Of a stretch of DNA of 32,000 nucleotides, positions 1 to 9,664 are shown piece by piece (within the stretch, counting starts at the first letter, position 1; each line of letters starts with the position of its first letter). This stretch comes from Demequinaceae bacterium (lineage in GTDB: Bacteria > Actinomycetota > Actinomycetes > Actinomycetales > Demequinaceae): assembly GCA_965250005.1 (NCBI GenBank), contig OZ252279.1, forward strand, positions 840,001 to 872,000, read 5' to 3'. The notes beneath the pieces were generated by a model. The model saw nothing but the letters and a program-made list of their open reading frames with translations, made no database searches and was not told the DNA's origin. The translations under genes and the position numbers were made by a program.

Positions 1-275
1 GCACCCATCGCGTCTATGTCGGCTAGGTTCTGCGTCGCGGCTCGGAAGCCGACGTCTGCGCCCGTAGACCACTCGGCCCGGAAATGCTGGTCCTCAACGA
101 GGACATCGCTCGATACCACCAGATCGCCTGTGAGTGAGAGAACAGCAGCATCGTCCCCCGGACCCAAAATGGCGGCGGATGTTTGTGGGAGCCTTGGGGA
201 GAAGAGCGCAATGAGTTCATCTTCGCCAAGGTCAGCGATCTTCGGCACGTTCTCAAGGGTACGCGGCGGATTCAT
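1..275 (-). CDS. thiL: Thiamine-monophosphate kinase ThiL, N-terminal part (gene runs off the left edge)
   Basis: Absent from the ORF track because there is no stop in the window. My translation from the ATG at 273-275 (minus) gives MNPPRTLENVPKIADLGEDELIALFSPRLPQTSAAILGPGDDAAVLSLTGDLVVSSDVLVEDQHFRAEWSTGADVGFRAATQNLADIDAMG. This fits the ThiL N-terminal pattern (GPGDDAAV, D.LVE..HF, N..DI.AMG). Confidence 0.75.
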   Translation of the reverse strand, partial: MNPPRTLENVPKIADLGEDELIALFSPRLPQTSAAILGPGDDAAVLSLTGDLVVSSDVLVEDQHFRAEWSTGADVGFRAATQNLADIDAMG

Positions 276-294
276 TTCGCGCTTGGCGGACGTC

Positions 295-669
295 CTATTC
301 GCACCAAACGCCCTGGACGGGAAATCTCACAACCGCTCCGTCGGCAGGCGACACGGGAACCTCCAACGGGCCGCTCCAGTCGTCGGTCCCCTCCGTGCGA
401 ACGTAGAAGATCGCGGTGTCCGCCCCTTTGACGTAGTACGCCGGGATGGTGGCTGCGGGCCGGGCGAAGTAGATCTCCGTCGATGTTCCCTGCGACGGCT
501 CGTTCACGCCCCCGAACACCTCAATAGGTACGGCGCAGTCGTTCACGAGGTCCAGGCCGCCAACACTGTGGCATCCGCTCAGCGCGGCGACCCCTACAAC
601 CGCCATCGCGATCAGTGCCAATCCCCTTGGCGTGGGGCCCGGACCTCGCAAGTCTTCGGATCGCTTCAT
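295..669 (-). CDS. Hypothetical lipoprotein
   Basis: ORF 295-720 trimmed to the Met at 669. MKRSEDLRGPGPTPRGLALIAMAVVGVAALSGC has a charged n-region, a hydrophobic core and an L-S-G-C lipobox. Same strand as thiL, ending 19 nt upstream of its start. Confidence 0.55.
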   Translation of the reverse strand: MKRSEDLRGPGPTPRGLALIAMAVVGVAALSGCHSVGGLDLVNDCAVPIEVFGGVNEPSQGTSTEIYFARPAATIPAYYVKGADTAIFYVRTEGTDDWSGPLEVPVSPADGAVVRFPVQGVWCE

Positions 670-847
670 GACTCCATGTCTATCGGGGTGGCGCGCGCCG
701 GGGTGGGTTCGTTGCCGCACCGTGGCCGTATCGTGGCCCGACCGAGGCCGTACCGTGACGATCGTTACCTAGGGGTTGCCAAGGACGGCGGCGCGGGCGA
801 GCGGGCGCGGTGATTGGCGACTACGGCCGTAGCCCTAGGCTTGGAGA

Positions 848-1336
848 GTGACACGCCCAACAGTTTTCGCAAGAACTGGCATCGCCGTACTCGTCGCCGC
901 ATCGGTGTCCGCATGTGCGGTCCCGCTGACCGTCCAACCGGCTCCGCACGCGGCGGACCCCGATTGTGCCCGCGTGATGCTCGCGGCGCCAGACACATTG
1001 GGCGGCCTCGACGCTCGCGGCACCACCGCCCAGGCTGCCGAGGCCTGGGGCGTCGAATTCCCGATCGTCGTGCGCTGTGGAATCGAGATTCCGACTCCGT
1101 CTACTGACACGTGTTTCACCATCGACACCGGCGGCTACAGCGCGGACTGGGTCCTCCAAGACTCCGACGACTACTGGATCGCCGCAACATACGGTCGCGA
1201 CCCGGCTGTCGAGGTCGTGGTGCCCAAGGCCCGCGCGGACCAGGCGCTCGCAGAAGTCCTCCAGGACCTCACGCCGTCGGTGGCACTCGCTCCCACGACG
1301 GGGCGCGCCTGCCTCACACGGACTGACGTCGCCTAG
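848..1336 (+). CDS. DUF3515-like secreted/lipoprotein
   Basis: GTG start. Signal-like N-terminus (IAVLVAASVSAC). The overall pattern and the position beside ddl/thiL match my memory of actinobacterial DUF3515 proteins. Not verified by search. Confidence 0.65.
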   Translation: MTRPTVFARTGIAVLVAASVSACAVPLTVQPAPHAADPDCARVMLAAPDTLGGLDARGTTAQAAEAWGVEFPIVVRCGIEIPTPSTDTCFTIDTGGYSADWVLQDSDDYWIAATYGRDPAVEVVVPKARADQALAEVLQDLTPSVALAPTTGRACLTRTDVA

Positions 1337-1477
1337 CGCGCGCGTTTGTAAGCGCGAAACCGGGCGGTACGTAGTCCGCTGACCAAGTACCGTCAGCCGA
1401 CCTCAGAGACGGCTCCAGCGCGGCCAGGAGGCCCTAGAGCACGGAATAGGCGGGCCGCGATTAGGCGGACAACCGCC

Positions 1478-2587
1478 TTAGCGGAGCATCCCGGTGGGGC
1501 GCTCGAGCGCCGTGCGAAGCATGGTCTCGACTAGATCGGGGTAGTCGATGCCCGATTCGGCCCACATGCGCGGGTACATCGACGTGGGCGTGAAACCGGG
1601 CATCGTATTGATCTCGTTGACCACGACGGAGCCGTCGGCGCGCACGAACGAATCGACTCGCGCCAGTCCCTCCGCACCGATAGCCGCGAACGCGCGGCGC
1701 GCGTAGTCCTGCACCGTCGCGACCACGGCGGCATCGAGCTGCGCCGGGCAGATCAGGTCCACCGCCTCGTCGTCGAGGTACTTGGCATCGAAGTCGTAGA
1801 AGTCGTGGTCGCCACCGGTGACAACCTCCCCCGGCGGGCTCACCCGCACGCCAGTGCCGTCTGCAAACATCGGGCCGTCCTGAAGCACTGCGCACTCAAT
1901 CTCGCGGCCCTCGATGGCCACCTCTATGAGCACCTTCGGGTCATGCTCCGCCGCGCCCACGACCGCTACCTCGATCTCGTCCCACGCATCAACGCGCGAC
2001 ACGCCCATGGAGGACCCCGCGCGTGCGGGCTTGACGAAGAGCGGCAGCCCGAGAGCCTCGAGCTCGACCCTGCGGGAGTCAATGCTCTCACCCAAGCGCA
2101 GCACCACGTCGTCGGCGACGGGCAGCCCCGCAGCCCGCAAGGAAGTCTTCATGTGCTGCTTGTCCATGCCGAGCGCGGACGCGAGCACTCCAGCGCCCAC
2201 AAAGTGTGCGTCAATCAACTCGAGCGCGCCCTGCACGGTGCCGTCCTCGCCCCACGGACCGTGAAGCAGCGGGAACACCACATCGATCGCGGCGAGATCC
2301 TCGATGTGGCCACCTCGCACCACGCGCCACATGTGCTCGCCTGCGCGCTCGGGCATCAGCACAGGCGCTCCGTCTCCGGAGACCTCGGGAAGGTGCCGAT
2401 CGACAATGGCCCACTCGGCGGCATTGTCACTCGCCACCGTCCACAGGCCGTCGGGCGCAATGCCGATTGCGATGACATTCCAGCGGTCGCGATCAATCGC
2501 GCCCATCACACCACCGGCGGTGAGGCACGAGATCCCGTGCTCGGTGGACCTGCCCCCGAACACGACCGCAACAGTGGGACGGGACAT
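1478..2587 (-). CDS. ddl: D-alanine--D-alanine ligase
   Basis: 369 aa ATP-grasp protein with Ddl signatures: VAVVFGGRSTEHGISCLT, LHGPWGEDGTVQG, FVKPARAGSSMGVS, EINTMPGFT. Confidence 0.95.
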   Translation of the reverse strand: MSRPTVAVVFGGRSTEHGISCLTAGGVMGAIDRDRWNVIAIGIAPDGLWTVASDNAAEWAIVDRHLPEVSGDGAPVLMPERAGEHMWRVVRGGHIEDLAAIDVVFPLLHGPWGEDGTVQGALELIDAHFVGAGVLASALGMDKQHMKTSLRAAGLPVADDVVLRLGESIDSRRVELEALGLPLFVKPARAGSSMGVSRVDAWDEIEVAVVGAAEHDPKVLIEVAIEGREIECAVLQDGPMFADGTGVRVSPPGEVVTGGDHDFYDFDAKYLDDEAVDLICPAQLDAAVVATVQDYARRAFAAIGAEGLARVDSFVRADGSVVVNEINTMPGFTPTSMYPRMWAESGIDYPDLVETMLRTALERPTGMLR

Positions 2588-2589
2588 GA

Positions 2590-3591
2590 CTACTTGCCCT
2601 CTGCCTTCCGCGGCCGGGTCAGCAGCGCACTCATCACGGCTTCGATTGGTTCCCCGTGGTGCAGCATGTCCACCACCGCGTCGCAGATCGGGACATCCAC
2701 GCCTGTGTCCTGCGCGAGTTGCTGAATCGACAGCGAGGACTTGTAGCCCTCGGCAGTACCGCCCGCCTGCTCGATCGCCTGGTCAAGCGTGAGCCCACGG
2801 CCAATGTTTGCACCGAGCGTGTGGTTGCGCGACAGCGGCGAGGCACACGTCGCGATGAGGTCGCCCACACCGGCAAGGCCTGAGAATGTCTCATGCCTTG
2901 CGCCGAGCGGTAGGCCAAGGCGGGCGATTTCCGCGAGGCCGCGCGTGATGATCGTGGCTGTGGTGTTGTGCCCGAAACCCTTGCCAGACGTGATTCCCAC
3001 GCCAACTGCGATCACGTTCTTGTATGCGCCGCACAGCTCGACGCCCACGAGGTCGGTGTTGATGTACGGGCGGAAGTACGCGGACTGGGAGGCCTCGGCG
3101 AGCCTATCCGCGGTCTCTTCTGTGGAAGCGGCGACGACGGTCGCGCACGGCTGCTTGCCCGCGATCTCCCGCGCCAAGTTGGGCCCCGACACCACTGCGA
3201 GGCGCTCTTGCTCGATGCCCCATACTTGCCCGAGCACTTCGCTCATGCGCAGGTGGGAGCCCACCTCGATTCCCTTCATGAGAGATGCCACGAGGGCATC
3301 TCCAGGGATGAAGTCCTTGAAACCGTCGACGATGTCACGTAGGAACTGCGCGGGCAGCGCCACGGCCACGATGTCGGCGTCGGCAAGCGCCTCCTCGGGG
3401 TCGGTTGTGGCGCGCACGCTGTCGGGCAGCACGACATCGCCGAGCCTCGCGGAGTTCATGTGTTTGGCGTTGATCTCGTCCACAGCGTGGCCGTCGCGAC
3501 CCCACAGGGTGACGTCCGTGCCCGCGTCGGCGAAGACGCCCGCGAACGTGGTCCCCCATGCTCCGGTGCCGAGCACCGCTGCGCGCGTCAC
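2590..3591 (-). CDS. gpsA: NAD(P)H-dependent glycerol-3-phosphate dehydrogenase
   Basis: 333 aa. N-terminal Rossmann motif AVLGTGAWGTTFA, and GPNLAREIA, YKNVIAVGVG, RNHTLG motifs typical of GpsA. GTG start overlaps the plsC stop (GTGA). Confidence 0.95.
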   Translation of the reverse strand: MTRAAVLGTGAWGTTFAGVFADAGTDVTLWGRDGHAVDEINAKHMNSARLGDVVLPDSVRATTDPEEALADADIVAVALPAQFLRDIVDGFKDFIPGDALVASLMKGIEVGSHLRMSEVLGQVWGIEQERLAVVSGPNLAREIAGKQPCATVVAASTEETADRLAEASQSAYFRPYINTDLVGVELCGAYKNVIAVGVGITSGKGFGHNTTATIITRGLAEIARLGLPLGARHETFSGLAGVGDLIATCASPLSRNHTLGANIGRGLTLDQAIEQAGGTAEGYKSSLSIQQLAQDTGVDVPICDAVVDMLHHGEPIEAVMSALLTRPRKAEGK

Positions 3592-4403
3592 GCGCTGGCC
3601 TCGGGCTTCGCGACGTCAGTCTTTGCGGCAGCTGCTTCTCGAGCGTCGTCGTTCTTGATCTCGCTCTTCTTGCGCACCCCGTGCGAGTGCTTGCGCACGT
3701 CGTACTTCTCGGCCGGTGCCTTTTCTCCGCGCAGATCTTCGACCATGGTGGTGAGCGTAGCCATGATTCGGTCGGTCGCCTCGCGCAGAACCAAGTTGTT
3801 CATCGGTTTTGCGCGAAGGTCGTCGAGATCGATCTCTGGACCGCATACCATGGTGATCTTCTTGGGAGGGAAAGGTTTGAGGAGCTTGCCGTATCGGGCG
3901 AGCAGGCGGTGCGCGCCCCACTGCGCCACGGGGATCACGGGGACGCCCGCGCTGATCGCCATCCGTGCAGCACCCGTGCGCGCGACCATCGGCCACATAT
4001 CGGGGTCGCGCGTGAGCGTTCCTTCTGGGAACAGCGCGATCATGTCACCACGCGCGAGGAACGCGTTGCCGTCGTCCACGGCATCCTTCGCCTTCGATGT
4101 GCCACGGTGGACCGGCACCTGGTCTAGAGACCGCATTAGCCACCCGATCACCGGGACGCCGAAGAGCCCGGATTTGGCAAGGAAGCGCGGCGCTCGGCCG
4201 TTGGCGTAAATGAAGTGGGCGAAGGTAATCGGGTCGGCGTACGTGACATGGTTCGACACGGCGATGAAGCCGCCCTCGGCCGGGAGGTTCTCACCGCCGC
4301 GCCAGTCCCTGCGTGTAATAGGTCCCATAATCATGCGCAAGATCCACGCCGCGAAATGGTAGCCGCGCGGGACGTTCATCCGCCGCTTCACTTCGCGCTT
4401 CAC
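3588..4403 (-). CDS. plsC: 1-acyl-sn-glycerol-3-phosphate acyltransferase
   Basis: 271 aa. Acyltransferase HxxxxD motif (SNHVTYADP) and FPEGTLTRD block. Lys/Ala-rich C-terminal tail. GTG start. Confidence 0.9.
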   Translation of the reverse strand: MKREVKRRMNVPRGYHFAAWILRMIMGPITRRDWRGGENLPAEGGFIAVSNHVTYADPITFAHFIYANGRAPRFLAKSGLFGVPVIGWLMRSLDQVPVHRGTSKAKDAVDDGNAFLARGDMIALFPEGTLTRDPDMWPMVARTGAARMAISAGVPVIPVAQWGAHRLLARYGKLLKPFPPKKITMVCGPEIDLDDLRAKPMNNLVLREATDRIMATLTTMVEDLRGEKAPAEKYDVRKHSHGVRKKSEIKNDDAREAAAAKTDVAKPEASA

Positions 4404-4430
4404 GGGCGGTCTCCCGACGTCCTGAGCGCG

Positions 4431-5741
4431 CTACTCAAAGTCAGCGCCCAGTGCCGTGAGCTTGCCCCGGAAATTCTCGTAGCCCCGGTCGATGATGCCA
4501 ACCCCCGTGACGTTCGATGTGCCGTCGGCCACGAGCGCCGCGATCAGGTGTGAGAACCCGCCGCGCAGATCCGGGACGTCGATATCGGCCGCTTTGAGTG
4601 GCGTCGGCCCGGAGATCGCCGCGGAGTGCTTGAAGTTGCGCTGGCCAAATCGGCAGGCGTTGTCACCGAGGCATTCACGATAGAGTTGGACCTTCGCGCC
4701 CATGGCCACAAGGGCATCCGTAAAGCCAAAGCGCTGCTCGTACACCGTCTCGTGGACGATGCTCAGGCCCTTCGCTTGCGTGAGCGCAACCACGAGTGGC
4801 TGCTGCCAGTCGGTCATGAATCCTGGGTGAACGTCGGTCTGTAGGGCGATCGCTCTGAGGTCTCCGCCCGGGTGGTAGAAGCGGATGCCGTCCGCAACCA
4901 CCTCAAACTCGCCTCCGACCTTGCGGAAAACGTTGAGAAACATGCCCATGGTGCGCTGCTGCGCGCCGTGCACAAATACGTCGCCCTTGGTCGCAAGCGC
5001 CGCTGCCGCCCAGGAGCCGGCCTCAATGCGGTCGGACACCGCGGTGTGGTCGTAGCCGTGCATCTGCTTGACGCCCTCGATGGTGATGGAGCGATCCGTC
5101 TCCACCGAAATGATTGCGCCCATCTTCTGGAGCGTGTCGATCAGGTCCTTGATCTCGGGCTCAACCGCGGCGTTTTCGAGGCGCGTGGTGCCCTCGGCCA
5201 TGACGGCAGTGAGCAGCAATTGCTCGGTCGCGCCCACGCTAGGATAATCGAGCCGGTGCTTGATTCCGTGCAGCCCGTCGGTCGCACTTAGGCTGAGTCC
5301 GTCGCCCATCTCGTCGACGTGCGCGCCAAACTTCTTCAGTATCTCGATGTGGAAACCCACGGGCCGCTCGCCGATGCGGCAGCCGCCCAGATCGGGGATC
5401 ACCGCGGTGCCGAGGCGATGCAAGAGTGGGCCGCACAGCAGGATGGGGATGCGGCTGGAACCGGCATGGACGCCCACGTCTCCGATGAGCGCTGCCGACA
5501 CCTTCGAGGGGTCGATCTCGAGCACGCCAGACTCTCGGTCGTAACTAACTTTGGCGCCGTGTAGCTCCAGCAAGCCCGTCACCACGCTGACGTCGCGAAT
5601 GTCCGGGACGTTGCGTAGCGTCGACGGCGTGGAGCCCAGCAGTGCTGCCACCATGGCTTTGGAAACGAAGTTCTTGGCACCACGTACGGTGATTTCGCCC
5701 TTCAGGGGCTTGCCGCCGTGGATGCGGATCGAGTCGCTCAT
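4431..5741 (-). CDS. murA: UDP-N-acetylglucosamine 1-carboxyvinyltransferase
   Basis: ORF 4431-5855 trimmed to the Met at 5741 (MSDSIRIHGGKPLKGEITVRGAKN...); the upstream 38 codons are Arg-rich and overlap the leuD 3' end (stop at 5764). The active-site loop LGGCRIGERPVG keeps the catalytic Cys. Confidence 0.95.
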   Translation of the reverse strand: MSDSIRIHGGKPLKGEITVRGAKNFVSKAMVAALLGSTPSTLRNVPDIRDVSVVTGLLELHGAKVSYDRESGVLEIDPSKVSAALIGDVGVHAGSSRIPILLCGPLLHRLGTAVIPDLGGCRIGERPVGFHIEILKKFGAHVDEMGDGLSLSATDGLHGIKHRLDYPSVGATEQLLLTAVMAEGTTRLENAAVEPEIKDLIDTLQKMGAIISVETDRSITIEGVKQMHGYDHTAVSDRIEAGSWAAAALATKGDVFVHGAQQRTMGMFLNVFRKVGGEFEVVADGIRFYHPGGDLRAIALQTDVHPGFMTDWQQPLVVALTQAKGLSIVHETVYEQRFGFTDALVAMGAKVQLYRECLGDNACRFGQRNFKHSAAISGPTPLKAADIDVPDLRGGFSHLIAALVADGTSNVTGVGIIDRGYENFRGKLTALGADFE

Positions 5742-5763
5742 GGGTCTATCGTGCCCTATCGCG

Positions 5764-6402
5764 CTACGAGACCGGCCGAGCCGCCTTGATTTCTTCAGCA
5801 GGGAGCGTTTTTGCCGGCAGTGTCTTGGGACGCCACGCCTCGCGCGTCGCCTCAAACGCGGTGATTGCCGGCTCGTCGTCCAACGTGAGACTGATGTCGT
5901 CCAGGCCCTCTATCAGGCGCCAGCGCACGTAATCATTGATTTCGAACGGCACCGTAATGTCGCCAGCGGTGACGGTCTTGTCCTCGAGTGAGACGGTGAC
6001 CTCGCGACCCGGGTCCCCCTCGATCGTCTTCCACAGCAGTTCGATGTCGCTCTGCGCGACCTCGCCGGTGAGTAGCCCCTGCTTGCCCGAGTTGCCGCGG
6101 AAAATGTCTGCGAACCGACTAGCGAGTACCACCTTGAATCCGTAGTCCTTCAGCGCCCAGACGGCGTGTTCGCGGGACGAGCCGGTGCCAAAATCAGGCC
6201 CCGCGATGAGGACGGAGCCGGCCTGGTATGCGTCCTGGTTGAGGACGAAGTCCTCGTCACCACGCCAGGCGGCAAAGAGCGCATCCTCGAAGCCCGTGCG
6301 CGTGACGCGTTTGAGGTACACCGCGGGGATGATCTGGTCGGTGTCAACGTTGGAGCGGCGCAGTGGGACAGCGACGCCGGTGTGGGTGGCGAACTTCTCC
6401 AT
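5764..6402 (-). CDS. leuD: 3-isopropylmalate dehydratase small subunit
   Basis: ORF trimmed to [26 protein letters not shown] (ATG 6400-6402). Typical LeuD N-terminus and [13 protein letters not shown] block. Starts 4 nt after the leuC stop. Confidence 0.95.
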   Translation of the reverse strand: MEKFATHTGVAVPLRRSNVDTDQIIPAVYLKRVTRTGFEDALFAAWRGDEDFVLNQDAYQAGSVLIAGPDFGTGSSREHAVWALKDYGFKVVLASRFADIFRGNSGKQGLLTGEVAQSDIELLWKTIEGDPGREVTVSLEDKTVTAGDITVPFEINDYVRWRLIEGLDDISLTLDDEPAITAFEATREAWRPKTLPAKTLPAEEIKAARPVS

Positions 6403-6406
6403 GGGT

Positions 6407-7813
6407 CTAACCTTCCAGGTCCGACGGGGCGGACAGCGTGCCCCGTATGGCGGTGGCGGCCGCGACGAGCGGCGACACCAAGTGGGTGCGGCCTCCCTTA
6501 CCCTGGCGGCCCTCAAAGTTGCGGTTGGACGTGGACGCGCTGCGCTCCTTGGGCTTCAGCTGGTCCGGGTTCATTCCCAGGCACATCGAGCAGCCGGCAT
6601 TGCGCCACTCGGCCCCAAAGTCGAGGAATACCTGATCGAGGCCCTCGGCCTCGGCTTGAAGCCGCACGCGAGCGGAGCCCGGCACGATCAGCACGGTGAT
6701 GTCGTCCGCCTTCTGCTTGCCCTTCATCATTGCGGCAGTGGCGCGCAGGTCCTCGATGCGGCCGTTGGTGCACGAGCCAACGAAGACCGTGTCGATCTTG
6801 AGATTCTTGAGCGGCGCGCCGGGCGTGAGGCCCATGTACTTGATGGCGTTCTCAGCGGCGACCCGTTCGCTCTCGTCGACGATGTCTGCGGGGTTTGGCA
6901 CGTTCGCGCTGAGCGGCAGGCCCTGGCCCGGGTTGGTGCCCCACGTAACAAAGGGCTCGAGCTCGGATGCGTCGAGTTCAACCTCGATGTCGAAGGTGGC
7001 GTCGTCGTCCGTCTTGAGGGTTTTCCAGTACTCGACGGCCGCGTCCCAGTCGGCGCCTTCGGGCGCATGGGGCCGGCCATCAACGTAGTCGAAGGTGGCC
7101 TGATCGGGGGCGATGAGGCCAGCGCGGGCCCCTGCCTCGATGGACATATTGCACACGGTCATGCGCGCTTCCATGGACAGCGCGCGGATGGCCTCGCCGC
7201 GGTACTCGAGCACGTAGCCTTGTCCCCCGCCTGTGCCGATCTTGGCGATGACCGCCAGGATGATATCTTTCGCGGTGCTGCCTTCGGGAAGCGCGCCGTT
7301 GACGTTGATCGCCATGGTCTTGAACGGCTGAAGCGCTAGTGTCTGGGTCGCGAGCACGTGCTCGACCTCGGAGGTACCGATGCCGAACGCGAGCGCGCCA
7401 AAAGCGCCGTGCGTTGATGTGTGGGAGTCGCCGCAGACAACCGTCATGCCTGGTTGCGTGAGACCGAGCTGCGGGCCGACTACGTGGACGACGCCCTGGT
7501 CGGCATCACCTAAGGAGTGCAGCCGCACGCCGAATTCCTTGGCGTTAACGCGCAGCGTGTCGATCTGGGTGCGGCTGGTGAGGTCGGCAATCGGCTTGTC
7601 GATGTCGAGCGTCGGGGTGTTGTGGTCCTCTGTCGCGATGGTGAGGTCCGGGCGGCGCACAGCGCGGCCAGCGAGGCGAAGACCCTCGAACGCCTGCGGG
7701 CTGGTGACCTCGTGGCACATGTGGAGGTCGATGTAGATGATGTCGGGCGAGCCGTCCTCACCCTTCTTGACCAGGTGGTCCTGCCACAGTTTCTCGGCAA
7801 GGGTCGTGCCCAT
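6407..7813 (-). CDS. leuC: 3-isopropylmalate dehydratase large subunit
   Basis: ORF trimmed to [15 protein letters not shown] (ATG 7811-7813). Aconitase-family Fe-S ligand blocks [36 protein letters not shown]. Confidence 0.95.
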   Translation of the reverse strand: MGTTLAEKLWQDHLVKKGEDGSPDIIYIDLHMCHEVTSPQAFEGLRLAGRAVRRPDLTIATEDHNTPTLDIDKPIADLTSRTQIDTLRVNAKEFGVRLHSLGDADQGVVHVVGPQLGLTQPGMTVVCGDSHTSTHGAFGALAFGIGTSEVEHVLATQTLALQPFKTMAINVNGALPEGSTAKDIILAVIAKIGTGGGQGYVLEYRGEAIRALSMEARMTVCNMSIEAGARAGLIAPDQATFDYVDGRPHAPEGADWDAAVEYWKTLKTDDDATFDIEVELDASELEPFVTWGTNPGQGLPLSANVPNPADIVDESERVAAENAIKYMGLTPGAPLKNLKIDTVFVGSCTNGRIEDLRATAAMMKGKQKADDITVLIVPGSARVRLQAEAEGLDQVFLDFGAEWRNAGCSMCLGMNPDQLKPKERSASTSNRNFEGRQGKGGRTHLVSPLVAAATAIRGTLSAPSDLEG

Positions 7814-7922
7814 TGTGTCCTCCGTGCGGTTCGCGTGTTGTCGAAAACTTGGCGGCAGTATCACTCTGCCAGAGATACCGAGCCTCTTGCCATCTCACAA
7901 TGCGAGACGCTAGTATCGTTCT

Positions 7923-8642
7923 ATGGACAATCATAGCGGAGTTGGCGTCATTGACAAGGCCGCCGCCATCCTTGGCGAACTAGAGGGCGGGCCAGCGACA
8001 CTCGCCGAACTCGTCACCTCGACGCACCTAGCCCGACCAACGGTCCACCGGCTCCTGCTCGCGCTCGAGCACCACCACCTAGTAGGCCGCGACTCCGCTG
8101 GCGCATTCAAGCTCGGAGCACGGTTCGCGCGCCTCGCTGCATCCGTCGGCGAAGACCGGCTGGTTGGCGCCGCCCAGCCCGTCCTGACCGTCCTGCGCGA
8201 CCGCACTGGCGAATCCGCGCAACTGTACCGACCTCACAGGGACCAACGGATTTGCATCGCTTCCGCGGACCGGCCTGTTGGGCTGCGCGACTCAATTCCC
8301 GTTGGCACGACCCTGACGATGGCCGCAGGCTCTGCCGCGCAGGTGCTGCTCGCGTGGGAGGAGCCCCCTCGCATGCACGCCGGGCTGGCCGGGGCTCGGT
8401 TCACGGCCGCCGACCTCGCCAGCGTTCGCGAGGCCGGACTCGCAGAGAGCTCGGGCGAGCGCGAGCCCGGTGTCTCGAGCGTGTCCGCGCCAGTCTGGGG
8501 AGCGGGCGGCACCGTGATCGCGGCGGTGTCCATCTCAGGGCCGACAGAGCGCCTCACCGACCACCCCGCCCAGGAGCACGCGCGTGCCGTGGTGGACGCT
8601 GCCCAACAACTCAGCGACGTACTGCGCCGTACGGACGCCTAG
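7923..8642 (+). CDS. IclR-family transcriptional regulator, divergent from leuCD (LtbR-like position)
   Basis: 239 aa. N-terminal winged-HTH (IDKAAAILGELEGGPATLAELVTSTHLARPTVHRLLLALE) plus an IclR-type effector domain. Its divergent position next to leuC matches the actinobacterial leu/trp regulator arrangement. Confidence 0.85.
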   Translation: MDNHSGVGVIDKAAAILGELEGGPATLAELVTSTHLARPTVHRLLLALEHHHLVGRDSAGAFKLGARFARLAASVGEDRLVGAAQPVLTVLRDRTGESAQLYRPHRDQRICIASADRPVGLRDSIPVGTTLTMAAGSAAQVLLAWEEPPRMHAGLAGARFTAADLASVREAGLAESSGEREPGVSSVSAPVWGAGGTVIAAVSISGPTERLTDHPAQEHARAVVDAAQQLSDVLRRTDA

Positions 8643-8793
8643 CCTCAACTCCGGCACAAATAGCAGCGCCTGTGGGGCTCCGGCGGAAAGCTGGCACGCG
8701 CTCCACCATCGCCCTCACAGGCGCCGACATCCTTTTGACCACCGGCCGATTGTCATCTCCGAGGTGCTCATCACAACCTTGGGCCGGCGCCCT

Positions 8794-9630
8794 CTACGCG
8801 GATACCGCCGGGCTAGGCGACGCAGTGTCCGTCGGCTTGCCGCCCGGAGTGCCCTCCGGCTTGCCGCCGCCAACGCCATCAGGTTTGCCTCCCTGAGCGT
8901 CCTCCGGCTCGTCATCGCCATCAGGCTTACCGCCCGGAGTGCCCTCCGGCTTGCCGCCGATGGCTTTGGCGCGCTCGCTCACGGCTGCGCCAAAATCTGC
9001 CCCGCGAGTCTCGCCGCTCGCCATGAATTGAAGGAGAGCCGAGACGCTCGCACGCGTGTCCGATGACTCGCCCGGGTTGTCATTTGAGACCGCCTCGGCC
9101 GCTACCAGCAGCGCGTCGGCCGCGCCGATCTCGCCGCTCTCGCGGAGAGCCTTGGCTGCATGTTCGATGGCCTCCTCAGCGTCACCTTGGTCATCCAGTT
9201 CGACTGCTTCGTCTAGGCGCTCGTCAATCCCTCCGTCGCCAAGGCCGAAGGCCTCGAACGCACGGTCAACGCCATAGAGGGCATCGCCGGGGATCGCGTT
9301 GTCAGCCGCCGCCGCGGTACCTGCCACACCAATCGATGCCGCCAGGGCGACGAGTCCCGCCACTCCTGCTCGGCGTCTCCAGGTCACAGTTTCGTTCTTG
9401 CTGGTGCCGAGCAGCCTCGATCGTGCGGGAGGCATGGATTCCGCCGAGTTTCGTGCGACTCGCGCCAGAGTAGAAGCGAAGTCCTGGGCGGCTGCCGCGG
9501 ATCCGTCGACCTCCGCCAGCGATCGAATTTTGTCGGTCATTGGCTTCAGGCGGGCAAGGTCTCGGCCCTCAGGGGACTGCCCTGAGAACAACGTGTCAAT
9601 ATCTCGGTCGGACCACTCGCGTTTTGTCAT
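8794..9630 (-). CDS. Putative anti-sigma factor, single-pass membrane protein with DUF5667-like ectodomain (module A partner)
   Basis: ORF trimmed to MTKREWSDRDIDTLFSG (ATG 9628-9630). One TM segment (AGVAGLVALAASIGVAGTAAAA) followed by PGDALYGVDRAFEAF, which resembles the DUF5667 start. Lies directly downstream of an ECF sigma. The C-terminus has a GGKPEGTPGGKP duplication. Confidence 0.65.
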   Translation of the reverse strand: MTKREWSDRDIDTLFSGQSPEGRDLARLKPMTDKIRSLAEVDGSAAAAQDFASTLARVARNSAESMPPARSRLLGTSKNETVTWRRRAGVAGLVALAASIGVAGTAAAADNAIPGDALYGVDRAFEAFGLGDGGIDERLDEAVELDDQGDAEEAIEHAAKALRESGEIGAADALLVAAEAVSNDNPGESSDTRASVSALLQFMASGETRGADFGAAVSERAKAIGGKPEGTPGGKPDGDDEPEDAQGGKPDGVGGGKPEGTPGGKPTDTASPSPAVSA

Positions 9631-9664
9631 GTCACTGCTGTTATCGCCGCCGGGCGCCGAAAGG

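Noticed and set aside
16-813. 265-aa plus-strand ORF, and similar long ORFs antisense to recognised genes (e.g. 1805-2725, 6185-7339, 10601-11713, 12814-13605, 19308-20399, 25305-26255, 28666-29328).
   Set aside because: These are typical high-GC shadow ORFs. They are Arg/Pro/Ala-rich, have no recognisable motifs, and each is fully overlapped by a confidently identified gene on the other strand (thiL/lipoprotein, ddl, leuCD, the sigma partners, gltX, cimA, ygjP).
5742-5855. Arg-rich N-terminal extensions of the murA, leuD (6403-6516), leuC (7814-7864), HAD (18857-19114) and yggS (22605-22931) track ORFs.
   Set aside because: The extensions overlap the preceding gene or its stop and have no homology-like sequence. 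Internal starts give canonical N-termini ([53 protein letters not shown]).
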